NCBI GenBank assembly: GCA_051362555.1
Contig: CM120644.1
Coordinates: forward strand, 10,624,567-10,688,566
Direction: 5' to 3'
Origin: Lingula anatina
Taxonomy: Eukaryota; Animalia; Brachiopoda
Length of the DNA stretch: 64,000 nucleotides
Of this stretch, positions 41,399 through 57,192 are shown piece by piece (positions within the stretch are counted from its first letter, which is position 1; each line of letters starts with the position of its first letter). A program made the translations under genes and the position numbers. The notes beneath the pieces are model-generated. The model was not told the origin of the DNA. It did no database searches and worked only from the letters and a program-made list of their open reading frames with translations.

Positions 41399-43439
41399 AT
41401 GAAGTTTGCCTTGTTTCTGCTGGTTGCCCTCGTGGCTGTCGCTTACGTTAGCGCGGTTTACTCTGACCGAAGGGAATACGTACGGTATGTTTGATAATTA
41501 AATAATTAAATATATTTAAAAATGAAAATTAAAATGTTAGAATTTGCATTAATTTACACATTGTAAAATGTGATTGTTTAATGTGTTTTTTTACCTAAGT
41601 CAGTATTATTTGAAGTACTATCATTTTCACTTCTTAATCTCTTTTGGTAGCACGTAAAACACTTTTTGTTAGTTTATTTCAAATTATTGTCTGCTGCACA
41701 ATATTTCCGTTGCAGTTAGTTGCCTCATTTCCAGCCTCCAATCAGGATGCGTTGGAACGTTAACGCCAGTGTGTCCAATTTTTGTAACTGCTGCAAATCT
41801 TCTCTTGATTATGTACAATACCATACTTTTACCTTGTATAAAAGCAAATGGATTCGAGATTAAATTTTAAAAAATGAAATTGAAGATGAATTCCAAAATG
41901 AAATGCACGTAGGAGGCACTTACTACCTTTGATTTCAACTTTGAGTGCCTGCGACTTCAACTTTTTTTTTTAATTTCCGACAGCACCGTTTTTTCCCCAC
42001 CTTTTGCCAGCTGTTCATAGAGAAAAAAATCTGCTCAAGGTGGATTGGGTCTTGTTTAAACTAAGCCAGCAAGGGGGCTGTTAAAGCTATTAAAAGCAAC
42101 CGCTGTGCCTGTTGCGTGCTTCAAACAAGTGCATCCACTGTAACACGACAAATTTAAATTGATGAAGACCGTAGATGTTTTACTAAAGTCATATAGCCAG
42201 CTGGCGTCCGACAATTTGACAGGTACATGCCTTGGACAAAAAATACTTTTAGTTCAGGACCGGGAGTAGTTCGTCGTCAAGGGCCCAGAGGTCATGATGA
42301 AATTCTTAAAATAAATATCTGTCCGTCATGCAGGCCTTTGCCGGTCTTCGACTGTTAAGGCTGTACTGCTGGTTCTGACACCACCTTGCCCCTCCCTCCA
42401 ACCCCCACCCCAACCCCCCCCCCCCCCCAAAAAAAAAGGAATGGAGCTCAAGATGTCAAGTAACACGCGCGGCAACGGCAAACATTATTTTGTCTTTTTT
42501 GGGAGGCTTATCATTTTTCATCTGTTTCTCTACACCCAGCTCGATCCCGTTTGCCTTTAAATTCTGGTTGCAACTTATATTTCTTTATAGTGACATCCTC
42601 CGCGGAAGAGGTTACTACCGCAAAGGCTACTACCCAGGTTACTACCGCAAAGGTTACTACCCAGGCTACTATCGCTATGGTTACAGATATGGGTACCGCC
42701 GTTTTCCATACTATGGTCGTTATGGATATCGTTACCGTTACTATGGAGCTTATAAAGGTAAACAACACCATATTTGCGTTCAGAACATAATACTACAAAC
42801 ATTTCTTCTCAAAGGAAGAGTTACTATTGCTTTAAGTTATTTTCAGCATTTGGCATACGTTTTCTTGTTATACGCCTTCACACTAATAGGCTTAGATTGA
42901 ATGCAGGAATTCACAAACGTAGCGATCCAACGATCTGATATGTTTAGGCATTTCAACTCATAGAGTATCCAATTTCTTTGCCTGTCACCGCTAATTCACT
43001 TTCGAATTTCGCAAGATGTCCCCAAATGCCTCAAACGCTTTGTATTATGCTAATTAACATTGCATTTACCTATGATAAAAACTATATATAAGGTAAACAT
43101 AAATTTTACAGCTGGCTGCAACTTTTTGAGCAAACTTCGACAAATAGCATATTTAGATCACAAAAGTATCATGCCCACAAGAATTAACCAAGGTATATCA
43201 TGCATTGCGTTGCTTCATTTTGCAAGAACGCCACGCTTCACTTCTAAATCCTAATATTTCTACATGTAGGTGCCTGTGGTCCAGACGGCGTTTACGCTGC
43301 ATCATCTAACACCCTCGTCTTCTGCACCAACGGCCGCGCTTTGACCCAGAAATGTGCTCCAGGATCGGCAATCAGCGGCTTGAAGAAGGGAAGCTTTTAC
43401 AGCTGGAACGCCGTTTGCAATGTGAATCTTCTTGGTTAG
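41399..43439 (+). CDS. Small secreted Gly/Tyr/Arg-rich protein with C-terminal 4-Cys domain, type II, unit 1 (140 aa; GYR gene 2)
   Basis: Exons 41399-41484, 42591-42757, 43270-43439. [140 protein letters not shown]. Predicted 3'UTR intron 43462-43994 and AATAAA at 44090. Confidence 0.9.
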
Positions 43440-44795
43440 ATCCAGAAGCCTTCCGCGAAAGGTAAGTGCGCAAAACATTCAGGTAAAAAGTAAGATCCTC
43501 ATAAAAGAGACATGTTCCCACAGTAGCATACTTAGTATACTTAGCACAGAACAGATACACGTATTTTAAGGGTTATTCAAAGTACTTGTAGCAAATAAAG
43601 ACATAAAATACATAATATAGATCACTGAGCAAAAATATCAACACCCGATGTAAATTATGTATATAACACTTTATAGGCTACGGACAGTACGGACAGTAAT
43701 CTGCAGCACATGATTAAACAACAAAATTCGCTTTGCATGATTTAATATATATTTAAAGCGAAAGTTGTATAACTGCTAATTCTGATTTTTTAAAATTATT
43801 GCGTTTAAAAGTATTGCGTTGGTCGCCTATGTATATTTGGTAAGTGTACAGTTAGTTATATGTCAATGACGGACTTAGGGTAAGTAGAAGAGGAGCTCAG
43901 TCCCTTTTGTTTCTTATTCTTCTCAGTCGCATTTTGTCTCACGATCTACACAACACATGTATCAGGCTAATATATACCATTTCTTCTTTTTCAGAGCAGA
44001 CTTTCGCCTCCGAACTACAGGGTATATTGCAATTGATAGAATTGTCCGTTTTCTATATCATGCTTTATTGGCAAATTCGGCATAAAGAGAATAAAGTGTT
44101 TGAAATTTTTGCTCATGCGTGTCTGTGCGTGATATCTTGTACTATCAATGTTGTTGAAATATATCTAGTTATGTGTAGTTGATCAATTATTAAATTTACT
44201 TTATCGTGGGAGCTAACAAAAACCGCCCTTTTTCCTTTAATGTTGAGAAATGATGAAAAGCAAGGAAATAAGCTCGAAAATTATGCCGCTCGATTGAAAG
44301 AATTATTACGCTATAGAATCTTAGCCAAAACTATTACTGCCGTTAAGCCGAAACAATAAAAGCACAGTCTGGCATAAAAGTTTAACCTTTATTGTTTATG
44401 CACGCTATATTATAATACGCTATGCTACAGTACACAATTCTATAGTACGTACGCTATGGTGAAACCGAAAAATGAAAAGAAACACTTATTTTGATACTAT
44501 GGCAGCCAGGATAAACAGGATTGTCTAAAATATAGCAAACTTTTAGAATAATTTTGCACACGTGCATAAATAACGATCTAAAGGATGACGACTATATCAA
44601 TACATGTATCACCTGTCTTATTCCAAACTACATAAATGTGATGATAATTTTGCCTACTCTATTAATGTTGTCCATATTGATACAGTTCTGAACAAATAAC
44701 GTGTAGTACCAATGAAATAAAGCAAAAATATTATCAGAATGGACAATATTTTGTAAAATAGGCCTACAGAAAATCGTGCTGACTGCCCTGAACTA

Positions 44796-46564
<1,769 letters not shown>

Positions 46565-46856
46565 CAGAAGAGCCATTTTAAATTACTGAAGAAGGACCGT
46601 CTGTGACTGGCGTAAACGGTTTTGCAATTCATAATTAACTGACTATAAACATCAATTATTGCCCAGTTTTAATGCTACTTCTTCACTAATGTTTTAAATT
46701 GAAATGTTTACAGCATAATTTTTACAACTTGACATGAATGGAACATCTCCGTGTGTATATGATAACATTTTAATAAAACTGCCGTGACGTGAGTCAAGAT
46801 CTTAAATCCAATATGTGACATACGGTATGTCGAATCAGGGAATTATATTGTTTTAC

Positions 46857-48401
46857 CAGTCTGTCCGCAGGTCTGGCATATCAATGCGTAAGCGGTGATC
46901 ATCACAAAAACACCTACGCTTGCACAAAATAGTCCGCGACGTGTGTTTCGCGCCATGTTTTCAAAAATCCGTAGTTGTTATGTAAATCCATTAAGCTCTG
47001 TAAACAACTCATTATTTCGCTTGAAACTTTCAAGGAATAAAATTTAGAACTTGATGTAAGCGCACGATATAAAATGAACATTTCAATTTCGACGAAAGCC
47101 TTGTATCAGATGTCTAAAAATAGCACACGCATTTTTCTCAAGCAGATCGTGGAATTTTGTACCCTAAAATGTAATGATTGTAGAAAAAATGGACAAACTT
47201 ACTTTATTGATATTATAACGATTTATGCAACTATATATGCTGGAATTGAGCCAAAAAGAATAAAAATTTTGTACAACCTTCCTTTTTTGTGAAATCCCTA
47301 TTTTAGTGCGAAGTATGTAGGTCAGTCGAGACTGGGACTGTCACGTTGCACTAAGCAAGTCACTCGAAAGCGTACGTTTTTCTCGGTAAATCTCGAACTT
47401 GTTGTAAAAATATTGAAATAGACTATTACTTATATTATAACAAGTTTACATTTTCTAAAAAAAATTACGGTTTTAGTGTACATTACAATTATGTCGCTTT
47501 ATGTTGATCGTGTTGGGCCTGAGGGAAGCGGGATCCGGTGATCGATCATCCTCTGGATGTATTGGATTATTTTATGGTAATCATATTTAATTTTATTATA
47601 AATACGACGAACAGATTGCTTTGCATGGAATTAGTGAGATTTGAAAAGGCGTCATGAAGCCACTTCTACCCACTGAAGCCCTTTCTGGACATATCACTTG
47701 CCCTTGGACGTGGCCACTCCTAATGCTAATGGCGAACAACATGTCCATTACGTTTGCCTTGTGATATATCATTCGAAAGTTTATGATCTCGTCTTTCTGT
47801 AGGATGTAATCGTTTAAAAATATTTTACGTTTCCTGTTAGTCCTGTATAATTACTGTTAGTCGGTGAAGTCGGAAAAATCGATTTTGCCGACTTTTACAC
47901 CGACTTCACGGGAATAATTAACACTTTGCCAACGAGTTGGGACCCAAACGCAACATGTGTTTCATATCAACACACAGCACACTGCAGTTTCTGCATATAT
48001 ATATATACATATATATATATGTACTGCCAGAAACCCAGTTTAACCAGCTTTCATGATTTAGTTTTTAAAACTTTGTACAAATTAAACTTCTTATAGAAAT
48101 CTTTAAATAGAAAATTTCGGACACCTGAAACGGGGCACCATTTGCAGTCACCCGCGTGGATAAATCTTCCAGTTTACCGTTCTGAATCTATTTTTTATGA
48201 CAACTAACCTTAAAATTCCGAATCCTTAGATATTCCCGCTTCTTTTTATATATCAATCGTTTAATCACATCAACTGCTGACAAAAATACACATGAAAATA
48301 CGAAGAGCTCAAAAGTCGTCCATTTTCACTCGATTTTGCTGAAAGTAGTGCGAAAATGGCCGTCGCTTCAGCCAGTGTGCACAGAATCTGCGGACAGACT
48401 G
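46857..48401. mobile_element. Non-autonomous TIR DNA element, 1545 bp, specific to unit 2
   Basis: 14-bp TIRs CAGTCTGTCCGCAG / CTGCGGACAGACTG, 3-bp TSD TAC; empty sites TTTGTTTTACTATATGCTAAG at about 62651 and a similar one at about 36242. Confidence 0.8.
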
Positions 48402-49117
48402 TACTATATGCTAAGCCCCCTAACCCGAAATAATCCTTCATTGTTCTTTTGCACGCCATGGATGTTTTTCACTGTTTATATACAAGAAAATTTCAAACTG
48501 AACAAATTCCCACGTATATTATCGCTGATGATCTAGTATCTTTATGGCCAAGTCAATAATGGCCTTATTTGAGGAAGTTTTTATTACTATTGAATTATAG
48601 TTTAATAAGGCGATGCACATCTGATGATATGTCAGGTATATTTTTCCAGTTGTTTACATCATGACGACGGCCATTATACCGTGTTGTCCTTGAACTGTTC
48701 GGAGATAATGGGGTCACTTAATTTTATGCCCAACGTTATCAACTTACACACACGCTCTTTTGCCTATCGTTAGATTTTACAATCAATGACATGTCAATGT
48801 ACTCATAAATGTCCCTTATTTGCATAGCTGTTCTGATTCGAATAGAAACCCAACTGTTTAAAATAAAAGTAGCATTGTCTGAGTGTCCAATTACCAATTG
48901 ACGTCGTAGTATCTGGCTTAGCCTCTTTTCTTTCAAAATATCATTTATTTTCAATCTTACTTAAATGATTCCTGCATGCTAACCAGCCATCCCACTACAA
49001 AACTGTGATTCGAATAAAAAGACGAGATTGTTGCGCATATGCCTGCGCTCTAGCTGTCTTTGGACTTTCTTTTATTAGTGATATTCCAGCCTTTGACATC
49101 TCACAGTAGATTATATA

Positions 49118-49510
49118 CAGGGCCGTAGCCTCCGGGGGGGCAGGGGGGGGCAGCTGCCCCCCCTGGGATTTGAGGTGCAAAAAAATGATCGCAAAGGTAA
49201 AAAAAAAATTGCAAGGTTGGTATCATTTTCTGTGAAAATGCACCAGAATGCAGTATTATACATACAGTTTAAAAAAATTTTCCACACCGTGGGAGGGGGT
49301 GTCCCCCCTCGGAGGCTTCTCCCACAATTTCTGACTTCTGATTGACCAATAAATAACAGTTAAAATGCACCAGAATGCAGTATTATACATACAGTTTTTT
49401 AAAAATTTCCACACCGTGGGAAAAAATTTCCACCCCTCCCACCTCGGGGGCTTCGCCCCCTCGTGTCCGCTTACTGCCCCCCCTGGCATTTTGCTCAGGC
49501 TACGGCCCTG
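49118..49510. mobile_element. MITE with CAGGGCCGTAGCC TIRs, specific to unit 2
   Basis: 13-bp perfect TIRs, G/C-run subterminal inverted arms, apparent ATATA duplication; empty site GATTATATACTT at about 63396. Confidence 0.8.
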
Positions 49511-50667
49511 ATATACTTACTTTTGAATCACTGTTGACAGTTTATAATTGTTTATAAAAATAGCGAGTAAAGAGTCCCAAATTATAACAAGAAAACATTC
49601 AGTCAAGAAATTCTCCAATTTGGTAAATTTTAGTTCCTTAAAAGATTATTTCTGTCATTTTACCAAATAAGTTTCAAAATCAACAAGATTTCAACTTAAT
49701 ACATTATTATAGAGATACACAAGTACGCAGTCGTAGTGGGGCCAGTTTATTAACCTATATAGCAAAGGGTTACCAATCGACACACAAACGGGTATGAAAT
49801 ATCTCTATCACAGTAATTTGCTGTTCTTCAGTTGTGACTTAGAAAGGATTGACAATAATATTTAAAGTTTCAAGTGGTATTTGGGAAAGTCAGGATTTTA
49901 AACGATGTTTGCTGAAAATCTTGCTGAGACAATTTTAAACATTTCTTGGCATCAGTCACACTGTTGAAGTCTTTTAGTGTCAGGGTGAAAACTTTCACAG
50001 GCATACTTTCCAAAAGTTCGTGTAGGAAGTGAGAAGTTTAAAATTGCCTCAACATGGTCGACAATACTATGCAAATAAGCTTCCATCATAATATCTGGAA
50101 AAAAACATTTTAATTTGCTCTTTTTCCCACCCAAATTTCTTTGGATAAAACTTGTTTTGTTGTAATTTTCCTTTTCAAATGCAGGTCTTGGTGTGATCGC
50201 GGATATAACGTTAACGCGGCACGATATTTCACGATTGATAGTCGTGTTCACAATTACTGCACTGTCGTGTTATACGTATGCTCATGCAACATAGCCTTCC
50301 CCGGCGCTGTGTATGATTAAGAGTAAAATAGTTCACAGTTCGAATAACCTTTTCACCTTATGTACATATATTTTCAAATCATTAAAAAACTAAAAAAATG
50401 TTCTGAGGGAGGCACATTTTTAGCTTCTTTGCAAATTGATTCTGATGTACGCAAGATCAATGAAAGGATTTTTTTTTCTTGATAAGCAAATTTTCAGAAG
50501 AACAATAAAGCACTGTCAATTTGACAGGCAGACAAATGGCGATTATTTTACGAAAGGTTACATCGTGACCCTAGTTGTGGGGGGTAGGGGACTATAAAAG
50601 ACCTCAATCCCTAAGTAGGAACTATCTGTTGGACCTTTAGCACTCCTTAGCCGAGAATTCTTCGATC

Positions 50668-52056
50668 ATGAAGTTTGCCTTGTTCTTGCTGGTTGCCCTT
50701 GTGGCTGTCGCTTATGTCAGCTCGGCCTATTCCGACCGCAGGCAATACGTTCGGTATGTCGCCACTTTCTGCTTTTTTTTCTTATTTAGTTTGATTGAAT
50801 AACAGCGGATTTTCAGTTTATTTTTTTAAATAATTTTAATAAGAGGCAAACTCCTCGAGAAAAGTTACTCTTAAATGTTTCTAAGGGGGAAAAAATTTTG
50901 ATCAAAGACAATTAGGAAGCGTTATCGAAACAAAACGAAGTTCGGAAAAAACCATTCACCCAATTAATTTTTCTCAATAACAGAATTATTCTGACAAAAT
51001 ATCGTTTCTGCAATTAGTTTTATATCATGTCCTTGTTTAATTTCTTTGTAGTAATTACTACCACCGTGGATATGGATATAGACGTGGATACGGATATGGA
51101 CGACCATACGGCTATGGACCTGGCTACGGCTACGGACATAGATATGGTTACTATGGCTACGGCCGCCCACATGGCGCCTACCGTTACCGTTACCATGGCA
51201 AATATCATGGTAAGTAATACAAAGTTTTCATCACCTGCGGTGCAATCAAGCAAGTTTGTAAGTTGAAATTATAATATCCATAACTTTCTTCTTCTTCTTC
51301 TGACCTTTTGCATATAAGCAATTCTGCAGCAAGTTCATTAGGTTTGTACCTTGTGTGCGTTTGTCTGTAATAAAATCAGGTGAAACTGTTATTCGGGGCC
51401 TATACGTTTGTATTACGAATTGTCCTTCAAGCATATTATCAGCATCCTCTTTTAGATTAACTAGGTTTTCATTTTTTCCGGGCTAAGCATTTCAATTTTC
51501 AAACAGTAGTTTTCGATTATGTTACACCTGTATTAGTTTTTCGAAATTGCCTCGAATTTAATTCATCTCTTCATCGGTCGGCTAATGCATATTTTATTTT
51601 CTTTAAATTATAGCTATTTTAATGAATCTTATCAAAATGTTTGTGGCTTTGCAACTCCTACTGCAATTCCCAGCACACAGCGTTTTTTTTTTTTTTTTTT
51701 TTTTTTTTGCATAAACCAAACCGCAGGGTTTTTTCTTGGTTGTATTTTACCAGAAACCATGAGGTTTCTTTACCCTCCGTCGTGTGATCTTTGTTTCCTT
51801 ACTTTTCAGATCTATCCAACCACTGCATTTTTTTTCATTCACTCACACAATAAAATAAATATTGATTTTCTGGAGGAGTTTATCAATGCGGAAAAATAAT
51901 AGAGATGAACTATTTAACGTAAGGTTAACATTTGAATCGTGCAAAAGAATTAAAACCTGCCCCAAATTCAGATCTGACTTTTAAAAAAAGCTTACTTTTT
52001 TAAACGTCCCTCTAAACCAAGGTCTTCCAATTAAAACGATCCATTTACTTGTGAAA

Positions 52057-52100
<44 letters not shown>

Positions 52101-52570
52101 CGAAGTGCACATTCAGTTTTTTTTATAAATACTTTATGCTGTTACCCTCTACTACCAGGGCGACTGATAGATTTTTTACAGATATTCACAGGTATGTCTC
52201 TAGCTAGATAGATGGTCATTTTCAGCTAAACCCAGTTCAGCTGTAAATGACTAACTATCTAGCTAGAGACATATCTGTGAATATCTGTAAAAAAATCCTA
52301 TCACTCGCCCTGGTAGAGGATAGTTACTGCCACGTGATTGTTGAATTAATGACACCTGCTCTATGAATTTTAGGTCGCTGCGGACCTGACGGCGTGTATG
52401 CAAGATCCGCCACCTCTCTTGTCTTCTGTACCAACGGTCGTGCTCTGGTCCAGAACTGCGCCCCAGGATCTGCCATCAGCAAGAAAAGTGATTCTCCATG
52501 GACCCTCCTCCAGCTAGGAAAGTACTACTCCATGGCCGTCTGTGACGTCAACCTTGTTAATTGGGGCTAA
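50668..52570 (+). CDS. Small secreted Gly/Tyr/Arg/His-rich protein with C-terminal 4-Cys domain, type I, unit 2 (146 aa; GYR gene 3)
   Basis: Exons 50668-50753, 51052-51209, 52374-52570. [150 protein letters not shown] at 50593; predicted 3'UTR intron 52583-53235. Confidence 0.88.
52146..52320. mobile_element. Palindromic MITE in intron 2 of GYR gene 3
   Basis: Near-complete fold-back (CTACCAGGGCGA..TTTTTTACAGATATTCACAG..CTAGCTAGATAG / CTATCTAGCTAG..CTGTGAATATCTGTAAAAAA..TCGCCCTGGTAG); absent from the equivalent intron position of gene 1 (about 39550). Confidence 0.8.
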
Positions 52571-52938
52571 TCTCACCGCTGGGTAAGTCAATTTTGTTTG
52601 TTATAAATATTTTTACTAAATTGCTTACAGTGTCTTTACTGGTAGTTGCAAGGCAGATGTCTTTTTGGGTTACTATACGAATTTTTGTTGATGGGTATAA
52701 ATTCCGTAACTTGTTTGCTGGAGAAAAAACTCAGTGTCTGCTTGGGCATAATACAAAGAATTTGACAATAAAAAATACCTGTGGTGATTCGCGACATGGT
52801 AAGATACGGCCCACAGGAACACTCACTTTAAAACAGTCGGAGGAATTCAGATTGATGTATAATATTATACAATATTCACTAAACCTTCATCTCTTTGCTT
52901 TCTGTTTAAGCAGCGCACTACAAATATGATGAGTATAA

Positions 52939-53000
<62 letters not shown>

Positions 53001-53394
53001 CTGAATATTATCAAACTTGAACATATCAAATGCATTTTAAGTTTCTAAATTTCGTCCATACTCATATAGTGTATCTATAGTAGGCAAAGCTTTTACCTTC
53101 GAATTCCCCCCCTTTAAGTATATTTGAATATCCGTTCATCGTAAATTTGTTTAAAATTACTTGCATTACAGTCAAGGCACTTTCTATGAAATACAAAAGG
53201 CCTAATGGATAAACTTTTGCTTATATATTTTTCAGATGAAATCTTTCCCGGCCGGAAAAGCGGTTCTCATGGAATTTTCAAATTTAACGCATTATGGTCG
53301 CGTTCAAAATAAAAAATTTGTTTAAAATGAGTCTTGCTTTATTTGTGGAACTTATGAATGTTTTCCAAACGATTAGTGGAAATTTGTTGAAACA

Positions 53395-53437
<43 letters not shown>

Positions 53438-53538
53438 ATACACACACACACAGAGAAAAGACACACACACGTAGACACACATGCGTTTACACACGCATTT
53501 GCGTGCGCGCGAAGACTCGCTTTACTTGCATAATTGGC

Positions 53539-53599
<61 letters not shown>

Positions 53600-56533
53600 C
53601 ACACACCGAGAAAACACAAATTGCATCGGCGTGCGCGAGAGAACTCGCTTTACTAGCATAATAGTCACAGGCGATTACTAAAACAAAACACACGCAGCAT
53701 TATTTCAGAATCTCGTTAACTCGTGTTACACATCTACGAACAGAAGCATGTAAAGAAAAAACACAGTGCACAGATGACCCACTCCACTATAAAACATTGT
53801 TTCAGTTTTGACCTATGTCGCGTTGTAGGGCGTACTTTATTCTACAAGGCACGTTTGATGTTACAATAATTTCCGCCCGGGTAAAAACACCAGTAAAGTT
53901 AATAGAGCCAATGTAATTACAATATATTTTCTGCTCAATCATAAAAAACTATGTATTTGCGTGCCACTGTACATTGAACAACAAAGCGGTAATTGTCAGA
54001 TTGGTCTTCAACGTCATGGTCATTGGTGCACATAAATAACTCATCTCGTCACAACGTTAAGGTTAGTAGAATTAGGGAGGGGGGTTCTCAACTGTTCTTA
54101 TCCACTTTCTATGGTTCCAGTTGCTACATGTGTTATATATCTCTAAGAAACATATAAGTGGAAATATACAAATAGAAGAGAAGAAATCATAAAATGAAAT
54201 TACAAAAGTTAAAAGCATGAAATCTCTGCATATCGCTGTGGTCCGTTCTATGGTCAAAGGTTATGGGATATTAATATTTTGCGATAAGATGACCGTGAAA
54301 TAAACCGTAAATAAAACAAAACTTCAACCTTGAAAATTATTTAATACAGCTGACCAAGGTTTTAAAATATATTGCTAGCTCAATGCTCTTATTCAGCTAT
54401 TTTATTTATTGAATCAAATGAACGGTGATTGTTTATTCACAATAAAAAAGGGCTTGACTCGGACACTATAAAAAGGCCACCCACTGACATGAACGGTTAT
54501 CAGGAGATTTTTTATCTGATCCTGTCCATCTAAACCTGGACTATGAAGTTTGCCTTGTTTCTGCTGGTTGCCCTCGTGGCTGTCGCTTACGTTAGCGCGG
54601 TTTACTCTGACCGAAGGGAATACGTACGGTATGTTTGATATTTTTATAATTTAATATATTTTTAAAATAAAAATTAAAATGTTAAAATGTGCATCAATGA
54701 ACGCATTGTTAAATGTGATTGTTTAATGTGCTTTTTTTTTTTTTTTTACCTTAGTCCGTATTATATGAAGTACTATCATTTTCACTTCTTAATCTCTTTT
54801 GGTAGCACGTAAAGCACTTTTTATTAGTTTCTTACAAATTATTGTCTGCTGCTCAATATTTCCGTTGCAGTTAGTTGCCTCGTTTCCAGCCCCCAATCAA
54901 GATGCGTTGGAACGTTAACGTTAGTGTGTCCAATTTTTGTTACTGCTGCAAATCTTTTCTTGATTATGTACAATACCATATTTTAACCTTGTATAAAAGC
55001 AAATGGATTTGTGGTTAAATTTTTAAAAAAATTAAATTAAAAATGAATTCCAAAATGAAATGTACGTTGGAGGCACTTACGACCTTTGATTTCAACTTTG
55101 AGTGCCTGCGACTTCAACTTTTTTTTAAATTTCCGACAGCACCGTTTTTTTTCCCACCTTTTGCCAGCTGTTCATAGAGAAAAAAATTAGTTTCCCCGAT
55201 ATCAAAGGAATTCTAACAAGGTCAAACAATCTAACAAGCTCAAACTATCCCGACACCACTTACTAATAGAAAAGCTTGTTTTTCTAATTTAAAATAAAAC
55301 GCAAAAGCACGGAGAATACCATCAAGTAACACGTGTCTAAAATAGCTAGTTTACATGGTAAGTTAGTACATGTAATTGGCTGTTCCATGTATTTGTACTT
55401 CACTATCTAGAATTTCATAGATAACAAGGGGAGGACGTGGAAAGGACAGACAAAAAGAACATGTGTAGACACCGATATTTTCAATCATTGATAATGCTGA
55501 ATTGATATTGAATAGAGTTTAAGAGACTAAATGATATTCTAACAAAGGTAAACAAAGTTCCAGAGTTATATTGCACAGGTTTATGAAAATCAACAGGGGT
55601 GGCTTGAGGTCGTCATCTGGGTCTTCCAGAAGACGGGCCCATTTTCAAGTTTACACTGATCTAATTTTCTTCTGTCGTAAGGCAGTCAAAAAAAAGGAGG
55701 ATAGATCAACAAAGATAAGTTGGAAGACTGTCAGAAAATATCTGTGGATCCGCCCCTGCTCAAGGTGGATTGGGTCTTGTTTTAACTAAGCCGGCAAGGG
55801 GGCTGTTAAAGCTATTAAAAGCAACCGCTGTGTCTATTGCATCCACTGTAACACGACAAATTGATGAAGACCGTTAATGTTTTACTAAAGTCATATAGCC
55901 AGCTGCCGTCCGACAATTTGGCAGGTACATGCCTTGGACAAAAAATACTTTTAGTTCAGTACTGGGAGTAGTTCGTCGTCAAGGGCCCAGAGGTCACGAT
56001 GAAATATCTGTCCGACATGCAGGCCTTTGCCGGTCTTCGACTGTTAAGGCTGCACTGTCTGACACCACCTTGCCCCTCCCTCCACCCACCACCCCCACCC
56101 CCCCACCCCCCAGAAAAAAAAGGAGTGGAGCTCAAGATGTCAAGTAACACGTGCGGCAACGGCAAACATCTTTTTTATCTTTTTTGGGAGGCTTATCATA
56201 CCGGTTTGGTTTGATTTTTCATCTGATATTCTACACCCAAACACAGCTCGATCCCGTTTGCCTTAAAATTCTGGTTGCAACTTATATTTCTTTATAGTGA
56301 CATCCTCCGCGGAAGAGGTTACTACCGCAAAGGTTACTACCCAGGTTACTATCGCTATGGTTACAGATATGGGTACCGCCGTTTTCCATACTCCATGGTC
56401 GTTATGGATATCGTTACCGTTACTATGGAGCTTATAAAGGTAAACAACACCATATTTGCGTTCAGAACATAATACTACAAATATTTTACCTACACTTTTG
56501 TTTGAGCTTCTTGTGGCGTCTGCTACAGGTTAA

Positions 56534-56871
56534 AGGGACAATAACTCTTTGTATGAGATCTATATTTCACAATAAAAACATTGTGAACAAATCATAGAAA
56601 TATAATATATTCTGTTTTACCACAAAAACAGCAGCTATATCTATTATTCTGATATCTGAGCTTGTCTTTAGACCACGTGACCTCCATTGATGGCTATACT
56701 CAGTTAAAGCCCTTATGACATTATAACAAAAAAAAAACATTTTTTTACTAAAAAACCAAGGACTAACTTTGAATGTAAAAATGGATTCATTACCCATTGA
56801 TTAGTATGGGAAAATTGTTGTTTACTCCAGGAAAATTAATTCTTTGTCCAAAACGAAGAGTTATTATCCCT
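56534..56871. mobile_element. TTAA-targeting (Kolobok-like) non-autonomous element in intron 2 of GYR gene 4
   Basis: TTAA|AGGGACAATAACTCTT...AAGAGTTATTATCCCT|TTAA. A related element follows at about 56887-57644, of which only the right end is retained in gene 2 (about 42807-42836). Confidence 0.7.
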
Positions 56872-57097
56872 TTAAACATTTCTTAAAGTCAAAATAACTC
56901 TTCGTTTTGGCCAAAAATTGGATTTTCCTGGAGTAAACGGCAATTTTCCCGTGCTTACCAATGGTCAACGACCCCCATTCCTGCATTCAAAGTCAGTCCA
57001 GGATTTTTTTTCCTAAACGTTTGGTTTTTTGTTAAAATCTCTTAAGATTAATATCCCATAACCTTTGACCATAGAACGGACCAGGTTTTTTGTTAAA

Positions 57098-57192
57098 ATC
57101 TCTTAAGAGATTTTAACTGACGGAGCCCTCTCTTAAGAGATTTTAACTGACGGAGCCCTCTCTTTAGAGATTTTAACTGACTGAGCCCTCTC
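57098..57192. repeat. 30-bp minisatellite, about 3 copies
   Basis: CTCTCTTAAGAGATTTTAACTGACGGAGCC repeated in tandem. Confidence 0.8.
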
